The notes below the pieces were generated by a model. The model was not told where the DNA came from, made no database searches, and saw nothing but the letters and a program-made list of their open reading frames with translations. Both the position numbers and the translations under genes were made by a program. Shown here one piece after another: positions 48,281 to 61,326 of a stretch of DNA of 64,000 nucleotides. Origin of the DNA: Takakia lepidozioides (taxonomy: Eukaryota; Plantae; Bryophyta); contig CM060733.1 of NCBI GenBank assembly GCA_030704615.1, forward strand, positions 46,562,001 through 46,626,000, in the 5' to 3' direction. The stretch's first letter is position 1, and every line of letters begins with the position of its first letter.

Positions 48281-49444
48281 GGGCATTCATTTATGGAACA
48301 TGAGGGGACACACTCTCCGTTTTCTGTTGCACCGCCATTTTTCTTCCCACCATCCGTTGTAATGAACACGGACTACAATGAAATTCACATCCCTGAATTG
48401 AAACATTTTCTCCCCCGCGTCCTGCGAATTTGAAAGTGTTTTCCTTCTAAACATTGCTCTCCAATTCAACCGTGTGCATTCAACAAATGTTTTTCAACAG
48501 AGATGAATATGTGCATAGTTCAGTAGACAGTCATTCGACATATGTCATCACACCAATATTTGGTTGGATGGATGGAGGATGAATGTTTTTGGATGGATGA
48601 ACCCCGATTGGATGTACACTGTGGATGAATGTTGCATGCATGGATGGTCCCATGGATGATGTCAGTGGCAGTCTCATGCACAGGGGCGGGATGGCGAGGT
48701 GGATCCCTAAGGCTGACAAGGGTTAGGGTTTCTGTTTGGGGTTGCAGGGTTAATATGTGTTTATGCGGTAATGGATCATCTTCCACGGAAATAGATGCCG
48801 CATCTTTCCCAAAATCATGCCACGTGTCCTGGGCTCACAGGCTCCTGGGCTCACGTGGCTAGGCTCACACTCTGGCATCCCCCTCTACATAGGAGACGCA
48901 CTTTGGATACACTTGGATTACACTTGGGGTTAGATGACAATGGACACTTGAGCCTCTACACAGGAGATGCATTTGGATACATAGAAGATTGCACTTGGGC
49001 TTAGATGGGCTTGGACATAGGAGACGCACTAGGATACATAGAAAATCACACTTGGTCTTACATTTCAATTCTTCACACATGGGCCAAAGGCACATGCTAC
49101 CCTAGAGGTCGCACTTGGGCCTCGACATAGGAGACGCACTTGGACTTGGGCTTAATTAGATGACACTGGACACTTGGCAAATGTCCAACGGCACATGCTA
49201 CCCTAGTCAATATATGAAGCGAGACGTTTGTTTTGTTTTGTTTTGTTTTGTAGATTTGAGATGTCCCCAACCGTGAGGCCCCAGCCCTGGTGCTTTGGTA
49301 CCATTGGAAAGCCCTCGACGAGGAGGGGTGCACGGGCTTGGTCTCATGATTTTTGGACTTGCGGTGTGGGAGATGTGGAATTTCAAGTACTTTGCGTTGC
49401 TGGAAATTCCCAAAAAATAGCAAAGTGGGAATTTAGAATTAAAG

Positions 49445-50030
49445 TGACCGCCAGTAACGGCGGTCGCTCGCTGCATTTTCTCAAAAAAAAACTTCAAGCG
49501 ACCGCCACTAATGGAAGTGAGGGGAGAATGACTCGGAGCTTATATGCCCCCCCCCCCCCCCCCGCCTCATTCCTCGTTCCACGCGCAGGGCAGACCTCGT
49601 AGAAGCGACCGCCACCTTGGCGGTCGCTCCATTTAATAAATAAATAAAAAGGACCGCCACAAATGGCGGTCGCTCCATTTCGCAATAAAATAAAATAAAA
49701 GCGACCGCCAGTAATGGCGGTCGCTGCATTTACAAAAAAAAAAAAACTTCAAGCGACCGCCAGTAATGGAAGTGAGGGGAGAATGAGTCCAAGCTTATAT
49801 GCCCCCCTCCCCCCGCCTCACTCCTCGCTCCATGCGCAGGGCACACCTCGTAGAAGCGATCGTCACCTTGGTGGTCGCTCCATTTAAAAATCCCAAAAAA
49901 ACGACCGCAAAATATGGCGGTCGATCCATTTTCCAAAATTAAAAAGACAACCGACCGCCAGTATTGGCGGTCGCTGGATTTTCAGAAAAAATAGAAATTA
50001 AAGCGACCGCCAGTGATGCCGGTCGCTGCA
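49445..50030. repeat. hAT subterminal palindromic repeats (left)
   Basis: Multiple GCGACCGCC-(N)-GGCGGTCGC units separated by A/T tracts. Confidence 0.85.
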
Positions 50031-50301
50031 TTAAAATAAAAATGAATGCAGAGTTGGAAGCATTGGCACAATTGTTCTTCATTCCACAAGCAAATCACCG
50101 AACACAAACATGAGCAAGTGACGGTGCCTTTGGCCGACATTTTGGCTGGTATACACATGGGCAACATCTTTTATTTCCCAACATATACACAACAACAATA
50201 CAAATACTCATAGTGACAATGATCACACTGGTATTACTTCACTACAGAAATGTAAACATGTCCACTAAAATGTGCTGATGCATACCTACAGCTGTTTTGC
50301 T

Positions 50302-53300
50302 TCAATTCCTTCTACTGCTTCGACGGCGGGACGAAGAAGATCCTAATCGTAATGCTCCGATGGGCTGAAAATCCGAGTCACCCTTGACTTCATCACCATT
50401 GCCATGATCAGTGCTGGATTCGTCCTCTCTATCCGACCTCATATGTCCTGGCTTTTGAATCTGCAAGCGACCTCGAACCACATTTAGTTCTCTCTGAGGT
50501 CGACTCCCACTCTGGTCTTGAATACCATCCACGGTATTTGGCCTATTTGTGGGCCGATCGCCTACAAAAGGTTGGACTGTTCTCTGTCGTTTATGGACTT
50601 GGGACGCAATCGAAGGTGGTTTCGAAGGAGGTATTGGAAGGGGGTCTGCCCGAGATGGACCGGCATTAGATGGTGCGGCATGTGAGGAACCACGGATCTG
50701 CTGCGCAACACGTCGCTTAAGGTGGAATTGTAGTGACAGATTGTCATCATCCGAGGCTTCAACTTCCGACCAGTCCAATGCAGCAGAATGATGCGTGCGT
50801 GTGGAAAACAGATCAACCCTGTTGCTCCTTAATGCCCGCTGTGTTGATGGGGAGCTGGATCGGTTTTGGCATTGTGGTGGAGCTGGTCGTATCGGTGAGA
50901 CTTGATCCCGTCCCGTCAACTGTACAATGGGTTCGACACCATCGTTTGTATGAACAGGGTTGCGTACGTTGCTCGGTCCTGGAAGTTCATCACCCCTAAG
51001 CTCCATTAGGGCACTACCGGTGGCTTCAGCGTGTAGTGGGGGGCGAGGGTCGACCCCAATTTCATTTTGAAGACCATGTTTTGGGGATGACACAATTGCA
51101 GCTTCACCTTCATCTGCGATACATACTTCTTCAAGAAGGTCATCAAAGATTGGCTAGATATAAACATCCTCCTCTGTAAACGTAAACGGGTCATACGCAT
51201 TTTTGGGAGCATCATAGGATCCATCTTCACTATCGGAGGCAGATGATTTCTTCTGAGGCTCAATATCGTCACTCATTGAATCTACCTCAGAAGCACAGTC
51301 TTCGGAATGCAAATTTCTCTCACTTATGTTTGAAAACTATCTTTGGCAATCAGTAGACAGGCAGTTTGTGGCCATGAAAAACTGTGTGCGCCAACGCACG
51401 CAATTTTAGAGGGCCACAAACTCAGATGTGCTCTCTCCTCAGCATCATCCGCTGCCCTCTCACACCATGCTGCAGCATCATCCGCTGCCCTCTCACGTAG
51501 CAGTCGGCAGTTGGTATACACATACACCAATTTGTCAGCCCTCGTGGGATTCAACCTGTTGCGAATCTTGTTATGAACAAATGGAAAACTGCTCCAATTG
51601 CGTTCGCAAGATGAGGCAGAGCACACTTGGGCAAGAATACGCTTCGCCATGGGAGCCAATGTTCTTGCTCCAGCTCCAATCAAATCCCACCATTCATGTA
51701 GCAGCATATAGAGCTCTTTTGAATCCGACATGTCTTCAAAAGGGTCGCGGCGATCTGAGAAGCATTGGTACCCGGATATAGCTCTCTCTGCCATGTTCGG
51801 CGGAGCCAGTCGCATGAGCACTCGCACTAGGCCGGCCTTGGCATTAGCATTGTCTCGGAGCATGATATTGTCGAGCAAGAATGGATTGAGCAAAGCCCCC
51901 GCATAATGCAAGTCCATTCGAACCATCGAACGACTGCATCTGAAGCACTGTCCACAAGTTCAGGTTCCAAGGAGAAGGGATGATGCCTCAAGGATTGGAC
52001 GTGTTTATCAAGATTTTGCATTAGTAACCATGCATTGCCCATTACCGGTTGCTTTCCATCAAACTCCTACAAGACGATTAACACCGGCTCTACTATATAA
52101 ACAAAGTTTTCACATTTCTTCCAGAAATCATCGCTGCGAATGTTATTCCGAACTTTTCGACTTTTGCCCAATAACTTGGCTTTTCTGGAGTCCCGCAATG
52201 TCCGTGTATACGCATCCCATTGAGGATCGATGATGATGTGCTCCAGACTGCTCTTCACTGTCATCAACCGATTCACCATCAAGAAGTTAGTTGCAAAACG
52301 AGTTTCGCCTGGATTCTGGAGGCTGTATTTGGGTTCGTGCCTCCTATATTGCCAAAGGGATGTGGTGTGTGCCGATGAACGACACAACGGTCTTCGTTCG
52401 CTTCACAAGTTGTTTCACCCACTGTTCTTTTTCCCAATTTTCCAAAAGGAGGTCAAGGATATGAGCAGCACAACCTTAATAGTACATATGGGGATAACGT
52501 GCCAACAACATGTCTACAGTGTTTATCATGTTAGTGGCATTGTCTGTGCATATTTGCACGATTCTATCACTTCCGACCTGTTTGATGAAGTCTGTCAATG
52601 GTTGGCATTGATAACATCCATCTTTCTTCTCGCCGCTAGTGTCGACCAATCCCAAGAATTGTTTCCCAGCTGGACATACGAGCATGACATTGAATAATGG
52701 TCTGTTTATAACAGAACTCCAACCATCGGTACATATAGTGCTTCCATATTTTCTGATGCACTCGCCCGTCCTATCGTTGACATTTTGGATAAGCTCGGTC
52801 ATGGCGTCTTCTAGCAATCCCGTGCGGAGATTATGGTAAGTCGGAGGCACGTACGTGGATATGGACTTCGAGGTTGCTCTAACGGCAGAAACAAATGCCG
52901 GAAGCCTTGCCACATTAAATGGTATGTTGGCCTCGAAGAAAAACTGCGCCCATTTTTTATCCAACTGCATTCTCGCAGACAAGTTAAGACCTTCCTGCAT
53001 AGATTGCTGCCGTAATCCTCTACTCCGTTGAAGTATAGGGGTACAAAGAGGTGTTGAAGCAGGTGTTGCTCCGGCACAACTCACTTGTCTAAGGACACCT
53101 GAAGCCTCACAAGAGTCGCCTTGGGTACTAATCGGAGCATCCTGACGGGAAGATGGAGTGTTCTGCTCAGAGGTCATGTCCAGATCCAGAGATATTGGAA
53201 TATTGCCTCCACACTAGACAAAATGATTTTTTACCCGCATAGATGTTTTGGCATAAACCCACCCCAGTTCACACATCTATAGCCGAGGTGAGCGAACAAC

Positions 53301-53416
53301 CGATCCTTATGATAAGAAAGCTTTAATCCACATAGGTTGCACTCAACATTACCAGTGACATTGACAGTGTTCGGGATTGCTGTATACCAAGGGCTCCATT
53401 CCTCCCTCATCTTCAC
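50302..53416 (-). pseudogene. hAT transposase (BED finger, DUF659-type catalytic region, dimerisation domain, low-complexity tail), frameshifted
   Basis: CNLC...RLFAHL; FFEANIPFN...TICTDGWS; TRFATNF; EWWDLIG...CSASSCERNWS...RNRL...LVYVYTN. Confidence 0.88.
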
Positions 53417-53834
53417 CCAATATCCACTCCCCTGGGCCCTAGCGATGTAAGCAACAAAAAACAGTCACCTATAAATGAACGTGTTGTGAATGTAGAATGT
53501 AGTGCGATAGCCCAACACTTCTACACCTGTCAGCAACCCAAGTGGATCGATGTGGGTTGTAGTGTTGAGCTTATACACAATCTGCTGAAGTGACTTTGAT
53601 GGAAGCCACAACGGCAAAATGTGCGCACCCTCCTCTTGGGCTACACTCTCGTTCAATGGAAGAGAACATTCAAAGCAACCTCGAGTGTTTGCGCCAAAAG
53701 AAGTGAGGAGCTTGGTGACCCTGCTCCCTTATATATGATCCAAGAAGGATGAAAGTGAAATGAATAAATAACGAACCAATAGCGCCCACCAGAAAAAGGC
53801 GGTACAACCATATTTGTTATAATTTTGAAATTAA

Positions 53835-54690
53835 ATGACCGCTAATACTGCACTCGCTATTTTTATTTTTTATGAAAAACAAGCTACCGCCACTATCGCG
53901 GTTGCTTTTATTTCCTTTCATTTTGTGCAATATTGCGGTCACTTCTATTTTGTATATTTTTAAATTTAAGCGACCGCCGGTATGACGGTCGCTATTATTT
54001 TTTATTTCAAAATATAATGCGACTGCCGGTACGCCGTCGATTCATTTGTTTATATATTTAAAATAAAGCGACCGCCAATATGGTGGACACTTTTATTCTT
54101 AATATTTTTCAAAAAACGCGACCGCCAGTAAGGCGGTCACTTTTAATCTTTATATTTTCAAGTTTAAGCGACCTCCAGGTTGGCGGTCGCAAATATTGTA
54201 TTATTTTAAAATAAGCGACCACCGGTGTGGCGGTCACTTTTATTTTCATATGTCGCTTGTTTTTTTTATAATTTTAAACTTACCGACCGCCATATGGCGG
54301 TCGTTTGTTTTTCTATATATTTCTGAAATTAAGCGACCGCCAAATGGCGGTCGCTTGTTTTTTTAATATGTTTTTGAAATTATCCGACCGCCATATGGCG
54401 GTCACTTGTTCTGTATATATTTGCAAAATTGTGCGACCGCCAATACGGCAGTCGGTTGTTTTCTTTTTTAAACTAGGCGACCGGCAACATGGCAACATGT
54501 TTAAAAATAAATTGAAGCGACCGCCAATATGACGGTCACTATTTCTTTTTTTATTTCAAAAAATAAAGCGACCGCCAGTGCGACCGCCAATCTTGCTTTT
54601 TTAAAAAACAAATTTGAAGCGACCCCCAATACGGCGGTCGCGTTCATTTTGTTAATTTTCAAAATGTATTTGCCACCGCCACCGTGTCGG
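53835..54690. repeat. hAT subterminal palindromic repeats (right)
   Basis: Many GCGACCGCC-N4..6-GGCGGTCGC units with AT-rich spacers. Confidence 0.85.
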
Positions 54691-56379
54691 CGACGTGGCT
54701 GCTTAAGTGACAGTATTTTACCTGGTACTATTTTTACCAGAATATTCCCCGAACCTGATGTGATGGAGGTCCCGTCAGCGCAGGTCTGACGTGACTTGAC
54801 GCTGACGGACGGACGTGACCCAGATAATCGGGACTCGCTATCGAGGGATGCTTCTACGTGAGCATGAGCGTGAGAGCGCGTAAACCTAGACGGGCTCACG
54901 CCACATCATCAGTTATTGCCACGTTGGCTGACGGGTCTTACGCCACGTCAGCCGACGTCGCCAGCGTGCCCGACGCCACGTCACATCATGCCACGTCATT
55001 TTCATAAGCATGGCCCTATAACCGCGGACCGAACAAGCAAATGGGGGCTTATAGCCGCGGATTGCGCATTTGGCAAATAGGGAACCATGTGTGGGCGACG
55101 AGGCGAGGTGCAGAAGAGAGTTTAGGGTTTGTTGGTGAATGTTGCAGAATGATAGTGTTTGTAGAGACTGAAATGGTTGTGGATGTATTAATGTCCAGGT
55201 CATCAGTTTACAATGGTCCTCAGCTGATTTAATGCCATGCTAATGTGGTATTTTACGTTGTTGTCATCAGTGTACAATGGTTGTGGATGAGTTTATGAGG
55301 TTGAAGCAGAGCCAATGTGAATGGGACACTGCTAATATGACTAAATGGGGATGAATAGTTGTGGACAAATGTGGATGAAATACCGTGAATGGATGATAGA
55401 GTGAATGAATGTTGAGCGAGGATGTCATTCTAACATTTATGAAAACCAAGCACAACGTTTGCACAAACATTAGAAATTGTGCCTAAAATCCGTCCTGAAG
55501 CACTTGATAAGATTTAATGAATGTCTGGCATTTGGGGAAAGGTAGACAGATGACAGCAACATAGAATAAGAAAACACAACAGATGTGAGAGTGATCTTTC
55601 ATGCTGCGACTTTGTCCAAGTGCTTACTGCAACAATCTGGTGTGCAGCACGCTCTTCTTTAGCTGTCATCTAGTGTCGATACATTGCGAGCCATTTCAGC
55701 ACTATACTTCCTGCAACGCACCACCTGACCACGCTAAACATGGTTTGGACTCCAATGCTTATTGCGGCCCCTGCCAATGAGGTAGAAATGTGCACCTGTA
55801 TGTTACGAGAGTATTGCAACTTTCATGGTTTTGTCATCAGGACCATTATACAACAACATTCAAAATGATTTGGCTCTCGTTTGTGCATGAGGAGGAATTT
55901 CGGGTCTTACAATATTGTGTAATAGAAATTGACTAGGTGCACTGTCTTCTTGTTTGAACCATAACCAATGTTACGCATCAGGATGCTGCCCTTGAACTTG
56001 CGTTGAACCTGAGAGTCCACAAATCATCCCCTAGGTGCCTTGTATTCTTGTTTGACCCATAACCAATGTTAGGCATCAGGAGGCTGCCTTTTAACTTGCG
56101 TTGGACCCAAGAGTCAATACATACATCATATCCCTAGGTGCCTTGTCTTCTTGTTTGACCCATAACCAACCATTTGCTGTTCATTACAATCAAAGCATAC
56201 AAGCCAGGATATAACTATCCACTGTATGAAGTGCATAGAAGCCACTGTTGTAAATGAGAAACCATCTTTTAACGACATTACAACGAACAGGCACAATTTT
56301 TTTTACAAAGTTATGGAAGGACACAAAATGTCTAAAACTGTGAACATCTCGAGACCCCCCAAAATGATGAAATTTGCAT

Positions 56380-59300
56380 TTCAGTCACTCCCTTGAAACT
56401 TGTGCAGTATCATCGACGTAAACCCGAGCTCCGAGGTGTCTGTTGTGCTTTCGAGCACATGGGGGAGATAACATGAAACTCTGTTGACGAGCAATGGTCT
56501 CCACGTAGTCGGGTAGGATGTATGAACGTGGAGGGCTGCACCACAAGTCACTGTGAATAAAAGAGACGTCGACCAAAGGAATAGCTTCCAATATCCTGCC
56601 ACCAAAAGATCCACAATTGCATTAGCCACCATTAATGGGAAAGGGGGGGGGGGGGGGGGCATTTTCACGGGAGAAATCGGATGCTTAAAGAAAAACAACT
56701 TACTCACATGCGAAATCGTCGTCCAAGACTTTGTCGTCCCCTTCGTTGATTCCACATGCACTATACCCTCCTGTTGTTGGGCGGCAGGTGTCGGCGCTGG
56801 CGCTTCCAAGTTATGGAGGAGGTCATTGAAAATATCCGCATCCCCTTCCATACCAAACAAATGCCTGCCCGCTGCCTTGCAAGCATGGTACGAAGCTCCT
56901 GCAAGACAGAGTTCTCTCAGGACACATTTAAACAAATTTTGCACTAAGAAGAAAACACCGCAGCAGGTTGGGGGTGAAACCTATGCCAAGAGTGAGGTCC
57001 ACGATACGCGCCCAAGTCTCCACAATTGTTTGAATAAATGCTGGGCTATTCTCCTTGGCCCCTCTCCATGGTGTGGAGTTGGACTTTCGTAAGCACACAT
57101 TGGAATCCACGTAATTGTAGTGCATGTCGTCCACCACTGGATCGAACTTATCGTTGATGAAAAAACCTCCCCCATGAAGCCTGAACTCCTTCACTGCTGT
57201 GGGAGTTGAAGCAGGGTGCACTCTAACGAGGCAGACGGCCTCAAAAAGGCGGGTCTACACACAAGACAACATGAAGCACATATTAGTGAATCCGAAAAAA
57301 TTCATCTGGAAAGAACAGTGCTTGAAACCTCTGAAAATGAGTGCGTTGACGCACTCATTTCTGCAGGGGTGAAATGGAACTTAAAATGAAGCAGGCAAGA
57401 GAAAGTCGATTACCATTTGTCCGGGACAGTCGCCCTTTGTCAAGTACAGGCTGTTCACACCATTCCACGTTTTGATGATTTTCATCCCCGAGGCCTTGAG
57501 GTAGCTTGCAAGCTCCCGTCAACATTTCGTATTGACCGACTGGATCATTACAAGAACCCCTGCATCCGATAAAAAAAAATTGCAAAATGAAAAGACCCAC
57601 CGCCAGTACCTCTTGCATTCCATGTTGGGCAAGTGCCTGTGGGTAGGATGTCCGGTACTGGCAGCCCATCCGGAATGTCCACAATCACCATGTCGGCACA
57701 ACATGGTTTCAAAGAACCATTGACCCAACACTGCCCTTTCGAAACCTGAAAACAGACAGACGGAAAAAATTAAATAACTATCCAAAAGGGAAAACAGTAA
57801 AGGAGACAAACAGTGGGAATTGGCTTACCGAGTCAAGGAACACACAACTTGCCCCAAGTTGGAGAGGGTTCTCCAGTGTAACCAGATTTTCTGCTTTCCA
57901 TCATGGCAAGGAATGAATCATTGACAATCTCGCATTTACATTCTCGCTAGATTTTGGATGGGTGCTCCACTGCGTCGTATGGCTCAATCCTCCCCTTACG
58001 TTTTCGTTCCTTGTTTGCAATTGGGGTCTGCGCTACCTCACCCCCCGTAGTCTCCCTTTGGGTGGCCTTCTCCTTCCCTTTGTCCTTTGTACCCTTTCCC
58101 TTCCCTCTCGCAGGAGTTTTGTTGGCTGCGGGTTCCTTCTCAGCGAGGTTTCGCAGATTCCTCTCATGCAACTCCTTGTCAGTAAGAGGGGCCAAAGACT
58201 CCGCATCGTCATTCTGGTTCCACGTTTGCAACTCATACCAGGGGCAATCTGATTTCGGAATGTCGAGATACCAGCAGCAGTCTTTCAGGTGATATCTCCC
58301 GTAGTCTCTAAGGATGGTTGTCGTGTACATGGTCTGACTGTTAGAGGGGTCAGACCACAAGTCGATGAAGGCATGGTACTTACTGAGGTTTTTTCCCGGA
58401 ATGAGCACGTTCTTGATATATCTACAAACAAAAGAGGTGCACTTTTAGACATTGAAGGCAAAAAAACATATACTGCGGCCCTCCCAAAATGCGTGCGTCG
58501 ACGCACACAGTTTGGGGTGCACAAATTCTTGAGCATGAGGCAACCGAAATACACTCACAAGTACCATATGCAAGAACAGGAGAAAACAAAGGGTTCCATA
58601 TGCAGAAAGTTATCCCCTTTTCGGCAGACAGATATTCCATTCAAAACTGCCAATGAAACATTGAACTACTGGTCAAAATCATTTGTTCGGGAGATTCCTC
58701 CATCTCGAGAAAACTCTCTAAAGAAGCAGTTGCTCCAAGCTGTGGCCTTCCACTGCCTCAAGTAATCCTCCAGAGTGTCCTCGGGCACGGTCATGGTAAT
58801 TTTGTAGTCATAAAGCTGTTTCTCCAGCACCTTGTTTGCACGAGCTTCAATCTGCAGGTATACATATGCATGGGTTAGAGTCCATTCATGGGAAGATATT
58901 CTCAAAATTTTCAAGCACAGAAAGTCCTGAAAAGTATCTGGCTCCAGTAGGTGGCTTTGTGCAACCATATATCAAGAACTTGGTCGCTGAAGGGTTTGAT
59001 GTGCCCGGTGTTCTCATCTCTTTCACCCCTAGGGAAGCAGTATGTATCCTTGATAGTTGGGTCGGAATTCCAAATCTCCAACCATTTCACTTTCTGGTCA
59101 GCTTCCACAGTTGTAGTTGACAACCGGTGAAGCTTTTCCCGTGTCATTTCCGGTTTGGTGTTATTGTTCCAGTGGATCCTCACCTGGTTAAGAAACTCGG
59201 GACCAAAATCAGGGTCAGCTATTCTCAGCTGTTTCACAAAAGCGCTCATGAGCTTCTTCCGTATCTCATTCATCGTAAACTTCATGGCTTCCGCCACTCC

Positions 59301-60553
59301 CTTGGACGTCCTCAGACCCTCCGGGGTTTTCAAATAGTACTCCGCTTTTCCTCTCTCTCCAGCTTCAGCTATTTCTTGCTGCAAAACGTAATCCGGAATG
59401 AGATCACTTGTTACTGACAATATCCCAACAGATTGACCCTCTATGTACCCATGACAAAAATCTTGTTCCAACTTTTGAATGTCGTTCGTCAGAGCTGGTC
59501 GAACAAAGGGCATGGAGATCAAACGGCATAGGGGTATCATTATTTTTCCCCCAGGGACGCCCATGGCCTTGATGACTTGGGCAGAATTCACTTTGGAGAA
59601 GGAAAGCAGATCTTTCGCTCTGTCTTCGTATGGCCTGCCATCGTCCTCCTCCTCAGCAACCACCAGTTCCTGCTCAATGACTTTGTCCTCTACCTGAGCA
59701 GCACCTTTCCTTTTCTTCGTCTGCACTCAAAACCAAAGGTTACGAATGTAAAAGACTTGCAAGAAATTGCGTGCTTCAACGCACGCAATTTTCCACCCTC
59801 TGAAAGGTACTCATTTCTTTTCCTATTTCATACCCAAAGTCAATCTACTCTCTTCCATAAAAGTATGCATCAGACATTTAAACTAATCTCCCTGAATAGG
59901 CAGAAAGGTGAGTGTGAGAGAACCTCCAGAAACTGCGTACGTTGACGCACGCAATTTCTGAGGGTTCTCTTACACTCACTTTTCTGCCTATTCAGGGATT
60001 TTGTCTCTGTTAATACAGCACCGCTGAGAGAAGGCCATACAGAGAACCTCCAGAAAAATGAGTGCGTCAACGCACGCAGTTTCTGGCGATTCTCTCGCAC
60101 TCACTTTTTTTGCCTATTTAGGGCTTTTCTGTCTTTGTTAACTCAGCATAGCTGAGAGAAGGTCATAGAGAGAACATTCAGAAATTACGTGCGTTGACGC
60201 ACTTATTTTCTTGAGGTTCTCTGTATGGCCTTCTCTCAGCTGTCGAACTCTAATCTCAGCCGTCCCTCCTCATATGCAATACATGGAAAGTGAGAAGTGG
60301 GTCATACCCGGGTTTGGTTGTTATGCATTGCCTGCATCCCTGTGGTCTTACTCTGAACGATCAAGCAAAAAAAAGCAGAATAGAGGGCAAGAAAATTGCG
60401 TGCGCCAACGCACGCAATTTTTCATGCCCTGGAAACTTGACAGAAGATGGCAAGTAAGAGAATCACCTGAGGTCCTTTTGCCGAAGAACTCCCAGATGCC
60501 TTTGATGTGGTTTCCAGGGCCGCGCTCTCCTCTGCGATCTCCTTCAGTGTCAT
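56380..60553 (-). pseudogene. ParB-methyltransferase-like cargo gene (copy 2), internally deleted and frameshifted
   Basis: IPLCRLISMPFVRP (matches the copy 1 ParB exon, but the DGNHR segment is deleted), LQQEIAEAGERGKAEYY, ADMVIVDIPDGLP, WRGAKENSPAFIQTI..RIVDLTLG, ASYHACKAAGRHLFGMEGD. Confidence 0.8.
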
Positions 60554-61326
60554 GTTGAGCTTTCGGCCTTTCATTCTCCCTCTTGCCTTCTTCCTTTCTC
60601 GCGCTGAAGTAAAAAAGTGTCTTCTACGCCTTCCACTCTCTCACGCGAAACTCTTTCTCCTGCTACTCTCCAGCTTGAAAAACTACGATCTATTGGAATG
60701 AGAGACGTCGTGCGATGAGTAGCAGCCGGGGCATCGCTCTCGGCGGTTATGCATGTATTCACTGCATACGTGTCCCCCTCCTAACGACACACTAGTCAAT
60801 TCTGCGGTGGCCGCTGTCTTTCATTATGGAGGTATGGCCATCGCATGGATTTGATTCGGATGGATGACTAATTTCAGTAGATTTTTTGGATTCTCCCGGA
60901 TGAACATCTTCCATTCGTTCGACGGCGATTCCTCTTAAACCCTTTATTCAATGCATGTCGGGTACCACGTGGCTGAACACTTTGGGGTGGCATGGGATGT
61001 CGGTCTCCGCCGTCATTTCACATGTGTCTGTAAAGACACATAACTGCTTAACAACTGTTTTATGAACTGTTTTGACAACTGTTTCTGAAAGGCTCTTTAA
61101 CGGTATGTCAGCTTTAAAAACAGGTCTTGGCTGACCCTTCCAGAACGGTTTGGGACATACATGACGTGTTGTCCTTGCCGACCTCGTTAGTAAAGGTGAC
61201 GGACTTTTGGGTTTCGGTCTGAAATGCAAAGCATGAGAAATGTAATCCCCACTAACGTTTGTAACAAGAATCCGCACAGAAGTTGTGGCTTCCGCACTTC
61301 TGCGAGGGAATTTCTCTTGCAGCAAC

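Larger units (their letters stand above)
44398..48883. mobile_element. MULE copy 3: internally deleted, inverted relative to copy 1
   Basis: 9-bp TSD tctacatag (44389-44397, 48884-48892). The right end, read on the minus strand, is GGGGGATGCCAGAGTGTGAGCCTAGCCACGTGAGC, matching the copy 1 left end. The left end is GAGTGCAGCTACGGCGTGAGC. Retains the 3' ends of both genes. Confidence 0.85.
49430..54757 (-). mobile_element. hAT DNA transposon, degenerate; left terminus not identified
   Basis: Transposase fragments flanked by arrays of GCGACCGCC/GGCGGTCGC. Candidate terminus CAGGTTCGGGG on the minus strand ending at 54757. Confidence 0.82.

Noticed and set aside
50302-51093. 263-aa ORF as a separate gene
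   Set aside because: Low-complexity, on the same strand and directly downstream of the hAT dimerisation domain; more likely the transposase tail.
53835-54690. CRISPR-like array of palindromic repeats with spacers
   Set aside because: Repeats are degenerate, spacers are low-complexity A/T tracts, no cas genes are present, and the same motif flanks the other side of a hAT transposase, so these are subterminal repeats.
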